A DNA stretch of 64,000 nt. Source: the human T2T-CHM13v2.0 reference genome, Homo sapiens. Positions 42,818 to 56,571 of the stretch are shown here, one piece after another. A model generated the notes under the pieces. That model had not been told where the DNA came from and ran no database searches. It saw only the letters and a list, made by a program, of their open reading frames with translations. A program made the position numbers and the translations under genes. The stretch is from the NCBI RefSeq assembly GCF_009914755.1, contig NC_060930.1. The stretch is one strand, 5' to 3'. Every line of letters starts with the position of its first letter. Within the stretch, counting starts at the first letter, position 1.

Positions 42818-43116
42818 AGCTGGGCATAGTGGCTCACACCTCTAATCCCAGCACTTTGGGAAGCCAAGGCAGGCAGATCACCTGAGGTCACGAGTTCGAG
42901 ACCAGCCTGGCCAACATGACAAAACTCCGTTTCTACAAAAATACAAAAATTAGCCAGGCATGATGGCACATGCCTGTAGTCCTACCTACTCTGGAGGCTG
43001 AGGCAAGAGAATCGCCTGAACCCAGGAGGCAGAGTTTGTAGTGAAGTGAGATCGCGCCACTGCGCTCCAGCCTTGGCAATAGAGCGAGACAACGTCTCAA
43101 AAAAAAAAAAAAAAAA
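42818..43116 (+). mobile_element. AluSx-like
   Basis: Full dimer; TSD aaaagta(ta/cc)aaca. Confidence 0.95.
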
Positions 43117-43283
43117 GTACCAACAGGTGGAAAAAAGCCACCTGAAACTTTACCAGCTGGGCAAGAACATGGCTCAGTGACCGCTCTCCCCAGAACTCTT
43201 GCTCTGTGAATATATTACCATGCCTTTTAAATGGTATTGTTTATTAATAAGGGTATAAGTGTACCTTATATGTTGACTTACAG

Positions 43284-43410
43284 AGAGTGACAAAATAATT
43301 TATTGCCTACATCTGGACACTTTGGAGAGTGAAAGGTGCTATTAACAATCAGACTGGCACAACAGATGTGTACCTGAACTGTCCCAGGCACCTTGAACTA
43401 GTATTGCCCT
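43284..43410 (+). mobile_element. MER94-like hAT-Blackjack MITE
   Basis: gtgacaaaataatttattg...ggacactttggagagtgaaagg...gctattaacaat...actgtcccaggca. Confidence 0.7.
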
Positions 43411-43439
43411 CCACTTAGACCCTTTACCATACACGAAGT

Positions 43440-44245
43440 TATTCATTTATTACGCATTCATTGAACATTTATTCAATGCCAGACATTAATTAATAAAGTT
43501 AATAAAACACACAAGGGCCTACAGTTCAGCAGAAGATAAAGTGTCACTCAGTAGGGACTGTGGTGAAGGACACCTGTCATATTGTAAGCCATATGGACTC
43601 TCAGGGAAGGTAGAGGTAACTTTCAAAGGATTAGTGGAGTTAGGGTGGCAAAGGAGGGGGCAAGGGGCATTCTCCCTACAGTAAGTGATTTATGCAAAGA
43701 TTGGAAGCAACAGAGCATATGGGAATTGGGGAAACTGCAAAAGGCTCAGGATGGTTTGAACCTTTGGTGGAAAGAAGAGGAGTAGCTGAAGATGAGGCTG
43801 AACATGAACCGCCTGGTATGCAATGCTGTAGAGATTGGGTTTCACCCTAAGGACACGGGCATGTTTTAAACAGAGAAGTCATCAGACTTGCATTTTAGAA
43901 TTCTGGATGAAGGTGTTACTCGTGGAAAAGATTGAGGTGTATCTGATGTGATTAAGGAGGTTGCATCAACGTGCAAGGGACAGGAGACAGTTGTGGAGTC
44001 AAATTCAGGCACCAGTCTGGATGGTGGAAACATTCACAGAAACAGAACTTTCAGGGAGGAGATGGTTTGGGTGAAAGGGAAGAGGGTGATGCGGTTTCCA
44101 TGTGTTCAGTTTCAGGCTCCAGTAGGGCATGCAGGCGGAGATACCTACCTGTGCAATTTTGGTTGGAACGCAGAAGACAGATCTAGGTCAGGGAGAGAGA
44201 TTTTGGGAGTTGGTGGCTTTTAGGCATATTTAAAGCCATGGGAAT
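43440..44245 (-). mobile_element. L2 (multiple fragments)
   Basis: attcattgaacatttattcaatgcc; tcagacttgcattttagaa; tgtgttcagtttcaggctccagtagggcatgcaggcggagat. Confidence 0.65.
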
Positions 44246-44704
44246 TTGAGGCTAGTTGGATTTTTATTACTTATCATGAATTTCTATTAACTCTGGTTCA
44301 AGGTTATTGAATTTGTGATAGAGTTGAATAAATGGTAGCTAAAATTATGACATTTTGAAATGTATTCATCCCCACCCATATTCATGAAAGAAACATTTGT
44401 CTGGAAGATATAAAACGCCACTATTCAGAATGTATTGTCCAAAGGAATTGGCAAAGAGATTTTTAGCCAAAAATCAAACTTAGAACATTCCCCATTCTTT
44501 CCCTTTCATAATAGAGAAAAGTGATTAAAGCTCTTTGGCTAAAAATAGCAAACGATTACGGTCCAGCTCGCATTGTAGGAACAGGAAGCCTTTGGTTCAT
44601 TGAACTCCACAAACAATCCCCACACATTGTAGCCACTGTAACTTTCTCCATTGCTAACTCTTTAACATATGATTTTCCCTCTGAGAGTTGCTGGTCTTGC
44701 TAGT

Positions 44705-45061
44705 TGCTATGGTCTGAATGTTTGTGTCCCTTCCAAATTCATATGTTGAAATCCTGACCCCCAGGGTGATGGTATTAAGAGGTGGGGCCTTTGGGGAGGT
44801 TGATTAGGTCATGAGGGAAGTGCTCTTATGAATGAGATTAGAGCCCTTACAAAAGAAGCACAGGGAAGCTCCTGGCCCTTTCCACCGTGTGAGGACACAG
44901 TGAGAAGGTGGCCATCTGCAGGCAGACACCAGAACCCAACCATGCTGGCACCCTGATCTCTGATTCCCCAGCCTTCAGATCCATGAGAAATATATTTCTG
45001 TTGTTTATAAGCCACCCGGTTTGAAGTATTTTATTATAGTGGCCCAAACAGATGAAGACTA
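44705..45061 (+). mobile_element. MLT1A0-like solo LTR
   Basis: tgctatggtctgaatgtttgtgtccc...ggtattaagaggtggggcc...ttataagccaccc; TSD ctagt/ctatt. Confidence 0.88.
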
Positions 45062-48000
45062 CTATTCAACTTTTACATAAAGAACAAAATTAAATCAGAG
45101 CAAGAATTATCAGAGAATATGGGAGCTGTGAGTCACATTAGAGATTCTTTTACCAACTGTGTCATTTTTCTAGACAAGGCAGCTGAAGACCAGAGTGATT
45201 CAGTGCTTTCCTCCAAGACCACACCCAGGCCCGCACAGAGTGGGGGTCGGAGTCCCACAGCTCAACACCAACCCCCGCATTCAGCCTCTTACCAGCCAGG
45301 CCCCTGTGGATGATTTTTGCCATTTAAAAGTCATTTGCTCTTTCACAATACTGATAAATAAAAGATCAGAATGACGTATCTTAATTGGTCAAAATGTAGG
45401 GACAGAAAATGAAAGGAGACAAAGGTGCATTTCTTACACAGTTGACTTAGGCTAGCATTTTCCACTGTAACTGCAAATATACAAAGTGTGTCATCTTTCT
45501 GGTTATATGTCCTTTACTTAATTGCACTAAAAGCTACTTGGTTTCATCAGAGGTTCCAAATATTGCCTCTGGTTTAATAGCTGAAGGTTTTTTTGTTTGT
45601 TTGGTTGGTTGGTTGGTTTTTTTTTAGAAAGTGACTTTTGAAACCATATTATAAGTGTTTTATAATAATTGCCTTTCTCCTCTCAACCTAGCAAAAACAT
45701 ATAGATAAAAGGACAATCAAGTAGAGATTCTGAGCTTTTATTAATTTTCTGTAATGCTATTGAACCAAAGCTCAAGGACATTGAGACACCATGGATCAGT
45801 AGCAATCATGGAGGAGGCTCCCTGGTTCAGTAGCAATGGTGGTCTAGACATGTGAGACACCATGGTTCAGCAGCAGTAGTAGGGGAGGCAGGAGACTGGA
45901 CTGGCTGGCCAAGTGGCCTTCTGGGGCTCCTCATCTCGGATCCCTATGTATTCACTCCTGAATATGTCACAAGTATTGGGCTAGATTGTTTTTAAAGGTT
46001 CCTGGCAACTCTAACAGTTTATTATCCTACAGTCAAGACACACATTTTCATTTTATCACAATTTCTGATTCTTCACACTTTTTCTTATCCCATATGATGT
46101 GTTGGTGAATCCTGTCACTTTGTTTGGTCAGCATTAATGTACTATTTATTATTTATTTACTTGGTGCCAGCAACTGTCTTAGATGTCTTTTTGCCTGTCA
46201 TTTTCTTCCATTCATTACAGCTGCCTCCTCTGAGCATTGAGAACCCCCAGAATTCAGCGACTTCAATTTGTTTGCCTCCCAGAGACTAAGCCAACCTTCC
46301 TAGTTTACACACAAAATGCTCCCACTTAAGTACATACTCTACCATATTCCTTCCTGAAAGTATAAATATACTTTCTGAGTAGTCCAAAGTGTTAATGTTT
46401 GATTATATTGATTTGGAATTAAAAAAATGAGAAGCAAGTTGAACAAATCATTTCACATTTAAAATCCACGTATTTCCTAGAAATGTACCAAATTTTGATC
46501 TAAATAGGAAGTAAGGTATTTTCAGAGATAAATACTTCAAAATGGAGTTAAATAGACTTGCTTTATACTCAGAGATTCAAATAAGAAGATGATCTAAAAT
46601 TTGGTTACCTTATTATTTGTTTTTAATTCCATTTTCCTTTGATTGCCTCATTTATAAAATGGCAGCCAAAGACATTTTGGACAGTGAGAGTATGTGTCTG
46701 ATGTGCATATCACAGCTATAAAGTGTGTACATGTGAAGACTTCACACATCCATATGCATGTTATCCGTGGCTCCGTCGAGCAGTCCTCCTCTTAATTATG
46801 CTTTATATATGCTTTGTGCAGCCAGGCATTGATCTTTCAAGTACCGGTGTCTGGTTCAAAGACTTGTAATTAGGCAGAAAGATCTGGTAAAATGGATTCT
46901 ATGGAATTATTCAAATGCTCTGTGTGTATGAAATTGTTCATCTAGAATTATTTATCTGGAAAAAAAGACACTTTCAAATATGCACAGAGCCTATTTTTTT
47001 AAAAATTGTATTCCTTTCCATTATTTACTGATATTCCATGCACTTCTTGGACATTTGCAAATTGCAGGGCTTTGTTTTTTGTTTTTTCTGTTTCGATATG
47101 AAGCTGCTTTGTTCTTTCCTGTGGGCCTGTTAATTGGTGAGCTCTTTATCCATGAGATCAAGAATCAGGGGCTTTTTATTAACTCATTGTGAGCTCTAAG
47201 ATATTCCCATGGGCATGGAGAAGAGAAGTTGCCTTTGAGACTTCATGCTTCTCCTATTCTTTTACAACACTGGTCACAGCCCAGAAGATGTAATCAACAA
47301 TGACACGAATTTAATCCACAGTTTAGAATTAGAATCCCCTGATACTGAAAATTCTATAATGAGCCTTTTTGTCTTTTTTCCTTTATTTTGTTAGCATTTA
47401 CAATTCCTTTTACTTGTGCACGCTTTCTCCTCCAGGATAAAATCCTGTTAGGGATTTTAAAATAAATAATTGAATTCTGCATTCTAGTTCTAAAAGCCAT
47501 AAAAGGAACAATGTTTATTTTTCTGGAAGACATTGTCATGGTCTGTAGGTGGTGATGTGAAAATTCTTAGAATTTTCTTTCTTGAAGATGGAGAGACCAG
47601 TAAATTCCTCTTTTCTCTTTCACACATAAATACACCATCATCACATACCTTTCTATAAAAGTATGAATTTCTCCGCTAAGTAGTCTGAGAAATTATCTCT
47701 ATACAAAGAGCTCCGTGGGGGATTTGCAGGGTTTGGAAGTGAAGAAGAGAATGAAAGGAGCCCCTGAACAGTTTCAGTGACTCTCAGGAATTTCAATTCT
47801 CCATTGCTACATGGCTTATTATTATTATTATTATTTTTACCAAAACATATGATACCCCTTTCTAGGCCACTACTGTTGCTCCATTTTAGCGTTTTCAGAG
47901 AATGTTTTTTCTTCCTTCTGATTAGCCTGTTTTTCTGCTCCTGCTGCCGCTGCTGCTGCTATCCTGATGTAAGTGCCTGTGAGTAAGCAGTGAGCTCCAG

Positions 48001-50210
48001 TGTACAGGGTTTATTTTTTTTCTCCATGATTCTCAACAGCTTTTCTATTAGAATGATTTTATGCCTGGATGGTTTGACTATCTTTTTCTCAAAAAAAAAA
48101 AAATATAAAACAAAGTGCAGGAAACCCAAAATACCTTCCCAACAATTAGAATTTTGCTTGTTGTCAGTTTGCCCTCCATCCTCCTAACTGAGTCACTAGA
48201 AGCATCTGGGTCAGCCTGGGGATTGGTGGCAGGCACGTCTGGGGTCCTTTTGATTGACAAGCACAATGAACCCAAGTGATCAGGACCATGAGTGATGATT
48301 CACCACATGTGTGTTTAGTTATCATCATCAAGGCACCTAGCAATTTTACTTCTGAACATTGAAACTCATTTTTGCTCTTTCCCTCTGTATTTTCCTTGCT
48401 TTCCCCACATTTTTTCCTGAAGAATATGTTGGTTCCTCTTAATGTTTCATTTCAGGCTAGTTTGGGCACACAAATTTTCCATTTCCCAAGATATTCTCAA
48501 AGTGAAGAAGGCACTTCTTCTGATATACACACAGAAACAGGCTTAACATGTAAGTGTAAAAAGAACACTTGACTAGCTGCTAAGCAACCTGCATGACAGG
48601 AGAGATTTTGTACTATCTTGCTATGTGACTTTAGGTAAGTCACTTTACTGGTCCTCATTTTTGTCACATGTATGCCTTTCCCAACTAAAAAATTCAATTA
48701 TTTTTATTTGTATAAATTTTCTCTTCTGAAACAATATTTATGCATGTATATCCACGTTGCCCTAGTTTTTTTTATAATACCTTTAAGCATCTTAAAACTA
48801 GAATACTACTGAATGGACAGAAAAACAAATCTGTACACAGAGACATTCAGAGTGACTTTATTAATCAGAATCTGTGTAACAAAATCAGCTCTTGCAGTAC
48901 ATCATTATAGGTGGCACGACAAATGCTAAAGAATATTTATGTAATTTATTAATTACAATATCTACTTGATTCTCTAGAATTTCCACGTTAAGTAAACAGA
49001 GAGGTTGCAAACTCTTCACATCTTATGTCCAACTGATTTTTCATTGTAGTTTTCTAGTTACAAAGCTGTTTTCATTGTGAAAAAGTGTGTTAATCATATA
49101 ATACAATGAATGTGACAATTAAAACAATATAAATGCAAAAATCATATAGGTTTACAGAAAGAATGAACTCAAGTGTAAAAGCATTAGATAAAAGAAAGAA
49201 TAACACTTTCTAACATTAGAAGCCACAGTCTACAACAAGGTTATAGCAGTTATGGATATCTATGGACCAAATAACACAGCAACTGCCTACATAAAATAGA
49301 AACCAATGGAATAAAATGTAAACAAACACCAGAGTCATCTAATTATGGATCAAAATCCAGTATAAAATAAAGGTAGTATTTAAGACCATGAGATAGAGAT
49401 GGTCTTTTTATAATAAATGGTGTTGGGACAACTGGAAAGCAATTTTGAAAAAGGTAAAATTAGATCTGTTGCTCATACCACACACAAAAATAAACTCCAA
49501 GTGCATCAGAGATCTGAAAGTGAAAAGAAATAACACTATACACACGCTAGCAGAAAACATGACCGAATCCCTCTACAACTTGAACACAGAGAGACTTTCT
49601 ACTCTTTAAAAATCCCTATACAACAAAGCAAAAGATAAATGTGGCTCCATAAAAATAAAACTTTTGCAAGTCAAAAGCAAAAAATTGAAAACAAACAAAT
49701 ACACAAACTATCTACTCAAAATGGTAAACACCAAAAGCAAAGACGTTAAAAGACAAATGACCACTGGGAGAAAATATTTTCAGTGTTCTTTTCCCATAAA
49801 AGGCATATACCCCTAAGTTGTAAACATCTTTTAAAAATTAAAAGAAAAAATGAACAAAAACTTTATGAACGAATGAGCAAATAAATGAAGCAAGAATGCA
49901 CAGAAAGACAACATATGAAAAGATGTTCAAATCTTCTTCTCATTGTAAGAGAAATGAAATTGGAACAACACCAGTACTATTTCTAATTCATTAGATTGGC
50001 AAACTTAGAAGTTTGACGATACATTCTGTTGGAGAGGATGTAAGGAAATAGGAGCTCTCCTACACTGCTGGTGGGAATAGCAAATGGTACCATTCCTATG
50101 AAGGAGGATTGGCAATATGTAACAAAATTGTATATGCATTTGGTTTCTATCCTAGCAATCCCGCTTCTAAGAATTTACTCTAAAGATAAACCTCCAACAA
50201 TACAGTATAC

Positions 50211-50238
50211 GTGTGTGTGTGTGTGTGTGTGTGTGTGT
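50211..50238. repeat. (GT)14 microsatellite
   Basis: Read directly from the sequence. Confidence 0.95.
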
Positions 50239-50858
50239 ATCCATAAGGTATTCATTGTTCATTGAAGCATTTGTTGTAATTGCAAAATGTTGGAAACTAC
50301 TTGAATGTCCAAGCATAGAGACCGGTTGTATAAAGCATAGTATTTATACGCACTGTGTATTAGGCAGCTGTAAAAAATATGAGGAATTTTCACTTCTATA
50401 ATAAAGTGATTTCCAGGATATATACTGAAGTGAAAAAAGCTATGTGCAAGAGAGTATAAGGAAGCTACGTACTTTCTTATAGGTATGAAACAAGGAAAAA
50501 TTAGAAAACATACTGATCTTGTGCTAGAGGGTAGAAAATGGTATAAAAGGCACATTTGGGACAACTGATAAAACTTGGAATATTAATTGTAGATTAGATA
50601 CAATTATTACATTAATGTTAAATGTCCTGAAGTTGATAACTGTACTGTGGCCATGTAAGATAATAGCCCTATTCTTGGAGGGTAGAGAGCTTGGTCTATG
50701 TAATTTATTTTAATAAAGGGGTATGTAACCTACTTTCTAATACTCCAGGACAAACATGAGAGAGAGCGAGAGAGAGAGTGAGTAAGCGTGAGAAAGAGAA
50801 ATGAAAGAGAGCACAGATAAGGCAATGAGGTAAAATGTTGAAACTAGGTGAAGCTGGT

Positions 50859-51224
50859 TGTCTTTGTCAGCTGAGGCTGCTATAACAAAATACCATGAAT
50901 CAGGTGGCTTATAAACTACAGAAATTTATTTCTCACAGTTCTGGAGGCTCGGAAGTCCAGGATCAAGCCATTGGCAGATTCGGTGTCTGGTGAGGGCCTG
51001 CTTGCTGGTTCATAGACGGTGCCTTCTCGCTCTGCCCTCACATGGTAGAAGGGGCATGGAAGCTCTCCGAAGTTTCTTTTATATGGGCATCAGTCCCATT
51101 CGTGAGAACTCCACTCTTATGCCCTAATCACCACCCAAAAGTTTCACCTCCTAATATCATCCCCTTGATGGTTAGGATGTAAACATATGAATTTTGGAGG
51201 GATGCAAAGATTCAGTCTGTAACA
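50859..51224 (-). mobile_element. MLT1A/A0-like solo LTR nested in L1MC
   Basis: ggctgctataacaaaatacca...atttctcacagttctggaggc...catatgaattttggaggga; TSD ctggt/ttggt. Confidence 0.88.
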
Positions 51225-51716
51225 TTGGTGAGAAGCTAAGTGAAGACTCTTTGTTCTACTTTTGTATGGATTATTTGTATTGATCTTTGCATTTTTCAAA
51301 AGTTTGAAACTATTTCCAAATAAAATATCTTTAAAAATGTGGAAAAAATAGACTTCTCACATGCATCCAAAGGGGACTTACACAGGTGGTAAAAGATGAT
51401 TCTTGTCACTTTGTTCAAAGGAATAGTGTAAAACTTTCAGGCCAGTCCTATGACCTCTGGGGTCAGTTCAAGGATCTCTTCAGAAGCCTCTCCAGTGTCC
51501 CAGCCCAGTCCAGTGAGGCTGGGCACATTTTATTCAGAAGATGTTAAGAAGATTGTCTGGGAATCAGTATTATTTCATAGCTCTTTTTTGGAACTGCAGA
51601 GGCAGCTGTCTCTGCTTAAAGCCACCAAAACCAGTAGTGCCCAAGGTGCAAGCTCACAGTTAGATGTGGAATTGTGTCTTTTTGCCCTTTGAATCTTTTC
51701 CCACAAGATGATGGTT

Positions 51717-51759
51717 TATTTATTTATTTATTCATATATATATTTTAATTTTTATGAGT
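51717..51759 (-). mobile_element. Very short L1MA-type 3' terminus with tail
   Basis: ttttaatttttatgagtac resembles the reverse complement of gtactcacaaaaattttaaaa at about 2245; flanked by acaagatgatg(g/a)tt. Confidence 0.5.
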
Positions 51760-52129
51760 ACAAGATGATGATTGATTTAGCAACTGAGATAATTGATACT
51801 ATTCATCTCAAAGTGTAGCAAACCTTAGTGAGAAAGAGAAAACTGGTTATTGAAGGACTTAGCTCAGATTTCTGCTCACCTATGTACTTAAAAATGATTT
51901 ACTAATTGAAATGATATGAGAGGCATTAAAGACATTATGGGTGAGATTGTCATCTCCTACTGGGTTTTTTTTTTTCCACTTTCCAGTCAGAACGTGGGTG
52001 GAAGACAGCATTCTTTGAGCACATGGAATTAAGGTAAGAATTGGGCTAAACATGAATGGGGATTATGTTTATTTTGTGAGAACTGATCTCAATCTTCTTT
52101 GGCTTTATACTAATGATGGAAGTACTAGC

Positions 52130-52285
52130 TAGTAGTTATTGAGTGTTCTGGGGACACATTGTGCTAAACCCTTGTATGGATCAGCTAATTTGATCTGCGT
52201 TCATTTTAGAGATGAGGAAACAGGCACAGAGATATAATTTACTCAGTTAATGAGTGGTAATTATTCCAGAGCCTGAACTACTAAA
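52130..52285 (-). mobile_element. MIR
   Basis: ttattgagtgttc...cattttagagatgaggaaacaggcacagaga. Confidence 0.7.
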
Positions 52286-53815
52286 GCAGATTGACTCTGA
52301 GATTAAGGGAATTTAATACAGAATAAAAGAATGAGTTTAGAAGACATCCTCTCAAAGGCAAACTTCCTTACAGAAAACACTGCAGATTATGGCTTTGTAA
52401 CAGAATGGACTGAAACATTTAGACCAGTGTGTTCTTAACTGCTTTATAATTGGCAGATGGCACTTGGTGTGCTGTGAGTTGTTAATAGGTTAATAGGTAT
52501 TCTTTGGGGAAATGAGTTTCCTAATCAAGTAAAATTGGGAAACAGGGCATGTTCTCAGTACATTTAAAAAAAAATAACTTTAACATTATTGAATGTGGCA
52601 GGGAAATTTTGTTTTTTTTTCATGTCCCTGGTTCTGTGAATTTCTTTATCAATTGTTTTGCTATCAGCAAAGCTTATCAATGTGACCTGCAAGATTCCTC
52701 AAAAGAATATATAATGAGAAGAGAGCAAAACAACAGGATTTGTATTGGTATTTGTATTCTAGCATTTTTGATCACCAACTTGAGTCTTCTATACTAGCTC
52801 AACTTCTGGCTGATAAATGGGATGGTTTGGATGATGGAGAGGTTTTCATTAGAAAGATAACAGATTCTTAGACGTGATTAGGAAAAGAAGAAAGCATAAT
52901 TTTATCTGAAGCTTTCCCAAAGTATACAAGAATGAGTGTATTCCGTTTAGGAATTTCTGTTAAATTGCTTTCATTAAACAAAAATGAGAGAAGTAGTGGC
53001 TAAAGTAATAAGCTACATCAAATAATTTCTTGGAAATATCTCTCTCTATATATAGGGTATATATTTATAGCATTAGGATGTATTTTCCATTCCACCCCTC
53101 CCCATCACCGGTGATAGATTTTCATAACTTGTAGTAGCTGGAAACAGGACTGGGAAAAGCTATGGCAAATCTCCTGTAGGTCACCGCCCTGTTGTGCCTG
53201 TGGAAAGAAACCAGCTTTGTCGAGAGGGAGGAGAGTTGGCCAGGACGTCCTAATAGGCCATTTTCTGTCTTCTCTCCATGATTGTTCTCAATCACTTGGC
53301 AATCACGATGCTATTAGGAGCACCCTGACCGAAGACACTCAGGTGCTTAGCCTTGCCATTAACAACATTGACAGGAAGCTTTGAGGTTGCTGCACAGCTG
53401 ATGGGTCTTCTTGAGAGTCTTGAATTAGAAGTCGGCCTGTCCTTATGATATGCGGAAATGCCCCGGCTCCTTTTGCAGAAGGATGTTCAGGCAATAATTG
53501 GAACTGTATATATGTGAATGTCTAAATTATTTCATCTCCTATATCTCTTCATATTCTACCATTTATTACATGGAAGTGCAGTAAGTCATGGATGTTGTCT
53601 GTATGGTAATGGCTTGTATTGAACCTTGAAGTTCACCATGCCCTGGGAGACGGGATTTACAGAGGGACGTGCAGAACCCCTTCCTTTCCTAGGCCTTGCC
53701 CTGCAGCCACCCTGCTTCCCTACCATGCTGAGCCAGTGTTGGGCAAAACAGACATTTCCAGGGTTTGTCACCCCATTATAGTCCTTTAGGCTTGTTAAAG
53801 TTCATGATCTGGTAG

Positions 53816-54206
53816 TGATATTGTTTGGCTCTGTGTCCCTGCCAAAATCTCATTTTGAATTGTAATCCCCCATATTGAAGGAGGGGCCTGGTACAAAGTA
53901 ATTGGATCATAAGGGCGGATCTCCCACCCTCGCTGTTCTCGCGATAGTGAGAGAGTTCTCAGGCGATCTGGATCTGGATGTTTGTGTGTGGCTCCTCCCC
54001 CGCCCTTCTCTCTTTTCCTCCTGCTCTGGCCGCGTTAAGATGTGGCTACTTCCCTTCGCGTTCTACCTCGATTGAAAATTTTCTGAGGCCTCCGTAGCCA
54101 TGCTTCCCGTACAGCTGTGGAACCGTGAGTCGGTTAAACCTCTTTTCATTATAAATTAGCCAGTCTCAGATAGTTCTATATAGCAGTGCAAGAACCGACT
54201 AATACA
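53816..54206 (+). mobile_element. MSTA solo LTR, CpG-rich
   Basis: tgatattgtttggctctgtgtccc...gccatgcttcccgtacagc...gactaataca; perfect TSD GGTAG. Confidence 0.92.
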
Positions 54207-54911
54207 GGTAGGAACTGGGAAGTCAGGCACAGGTTTCTTTGGGACAGTGTTTCAAGACAGATCTTGCAAGTTTCCTTTTTACAACACCCTTTTTCTGCCA
54301 AGGTGCTCAATGAGGTTGTGCGTAGATTTGTCCCTAAACTGTGGGATCAGGAGTATATAAATCTCCATATTGGCTACCGGTGTGAAAGTTCTGGATGACA
54401 ATAGGCAATTATATGTATATATATTCCCTTTAGAAGCAAAATCTACCAATTTTTTTTTCTTTTCCTGGGAAGAGAACATGAAAAAGAAACTAGAATCTGG
54501 AGATTCCTAATAATTGTCATCCTTAAAGGGCATTTACATCTGAGACTTCACCTTCAGATTTTTTATGAAAGAATATAATTTAAAAATATAAAAAAAGTGC
54601 TGCTTTTCACATGGAAGTAAATGCGTAAAATATCTGGGAAAACAGATCTGCTATCATTGCAGAATGAAATGAGATATTGTCGTGATGGGAGAACAGTCTC
54701 TTAAATTTTAAGGCAAGGGTTTTCTCTAAAAGTTCTCATTAATATCTTTGAAGTGTAGGAGCATCATATGATCTCTGAAGAAATTGCCAGCCCCCAAATT
54801 ATTAGTCACTCTCAAATGAATACCCATCGTTTAGGAAACTGACTTTTTGGAAGGAGCAATGCTTAACATTAACCATAGCATTCTATTAGTTAGGAGGACC
54901 TTGATCATTAA

Positions 54912-55232
<321 letters not shown>

Positions 55233-56571
55233 GCGACTAAAACCGTTCTTTTAAATAAGATGCTTGCCACTTAATTTAAGTTCACGGTTGCCCATTCTGT
55301 AGCCCTTGAAGTTCTTCCTTGACTCATTTCGTCCTCTCCTTATGTTTCACATCTTCACAAAAATAGGAAGAACAGCAGCAAAGCCCCGATGACCCACATG
55401 CTATTTGATGGGGAAGAGACTAGGACTAGCAGGGCTTCCCATGCTTACTGGTGAGCATGTTTCTTTGGTGTAATGATCTGAATTAAGCAGAAGATGAAAG
55501 GAGTATAGTATTTTTTGGCCTTATACTTCTCAATGACACAGCTGAAGTCCATCCCATTTTTTATTTATCAGACTTTGGGAACAGACAACAAATGAGATTA
55601 TAAGTATCTCCTTTCAGAGATGGATGCTCCAAGCAGAACTCTGCGACTCTGTAGTGCTCTTGGCAATTAACAGCTTCATTCTAAATTTGTAAACTCACTC
55701 TGGTTTGTTTTAAAAATGGAAATGAATGGGGAAGCCAAATCTTAGAAATGAAGAAAAATGGCTGATTTCCATTTCAATATGTAAGAAAATTACATGAATT
55801 AGGAAAGGATTTAAAAGTTAAATATGAAACCAAGGAACCTGGTCATGGAATTGTGCAGTAAATTGTTTAATAAATGAAATCCCCCTGGAAATATCGATAG
55901 CCTTCACCTTGTTGATGAATGCACATCGGTGTATCAGGTCCCCTCACTTAGATTCTTTATCATGGGTGAGAGTGTCCAGATGAAAAGCCTTGGGGTAAAT
56001 ATCACTAACAGAATATTCTCCTAGAACAGTAATTCCAGAGAATTCTCCTCTTCTGCTACATCAGTCTTCTGCATGCACGTAATCATTTCAATCTGCTGTC
56101 AGGTCCCCTCTACACCATGTGCATAATTGGCTACATGTACTACAACAAAAAGATCCACTTTGACACCTGCCACTTCAAAAAACAAGTGCAAATAAAGAAA
56201 CAAGAATATTATAATAGACAAATGTAGTTATTTTGACAAGTGTGATTTGTTTTTAATTATTAATATTTCACAGTATACTAGTAACTGTCTTGTAGAATAT
56301 TTTGTAAAAGCAATGACATCTGATAATGTGTCATTACCACATTAGCATACCCCTATGCAATTAAGGCTTTAGTCAGAAGAAGGATTTGCTTTCAATTCTA
56401 GTGTGAATTACCATGAAGCTGGAGAAAAATGTGAATATTAGAATTAATAATAGTATTGCATTTATGTTACACTGTTCATCGGCATCTGGAAAACACTTTA
56501 TTGTTTCTGCCAGTGTCAAACACTGAAACCTTAATACAAGACTCTCCAATACTTGATGTAAAATTCTATCA

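Larger units (their letters stand above)
49215..51330 (+). mobile_element. Old L1M (L1MC-like) fragments: ORF2 pieces and 3' end
   Basis: atatctatggaccaaataacacagc (endonuclease-like); aataaatggtgttgggacaactgg; ataaactccaagtgcatcagagatct; 3' end gtttgaaactatttccaaataaaa. Confidence 0.75.

Noticed and set aside
47777-47986. ORF with signal-peptide-like Leu run and Cys cluster
   Set aside because: Produced by (TTA)n and (CTG)n micro-repeats; GTG start.
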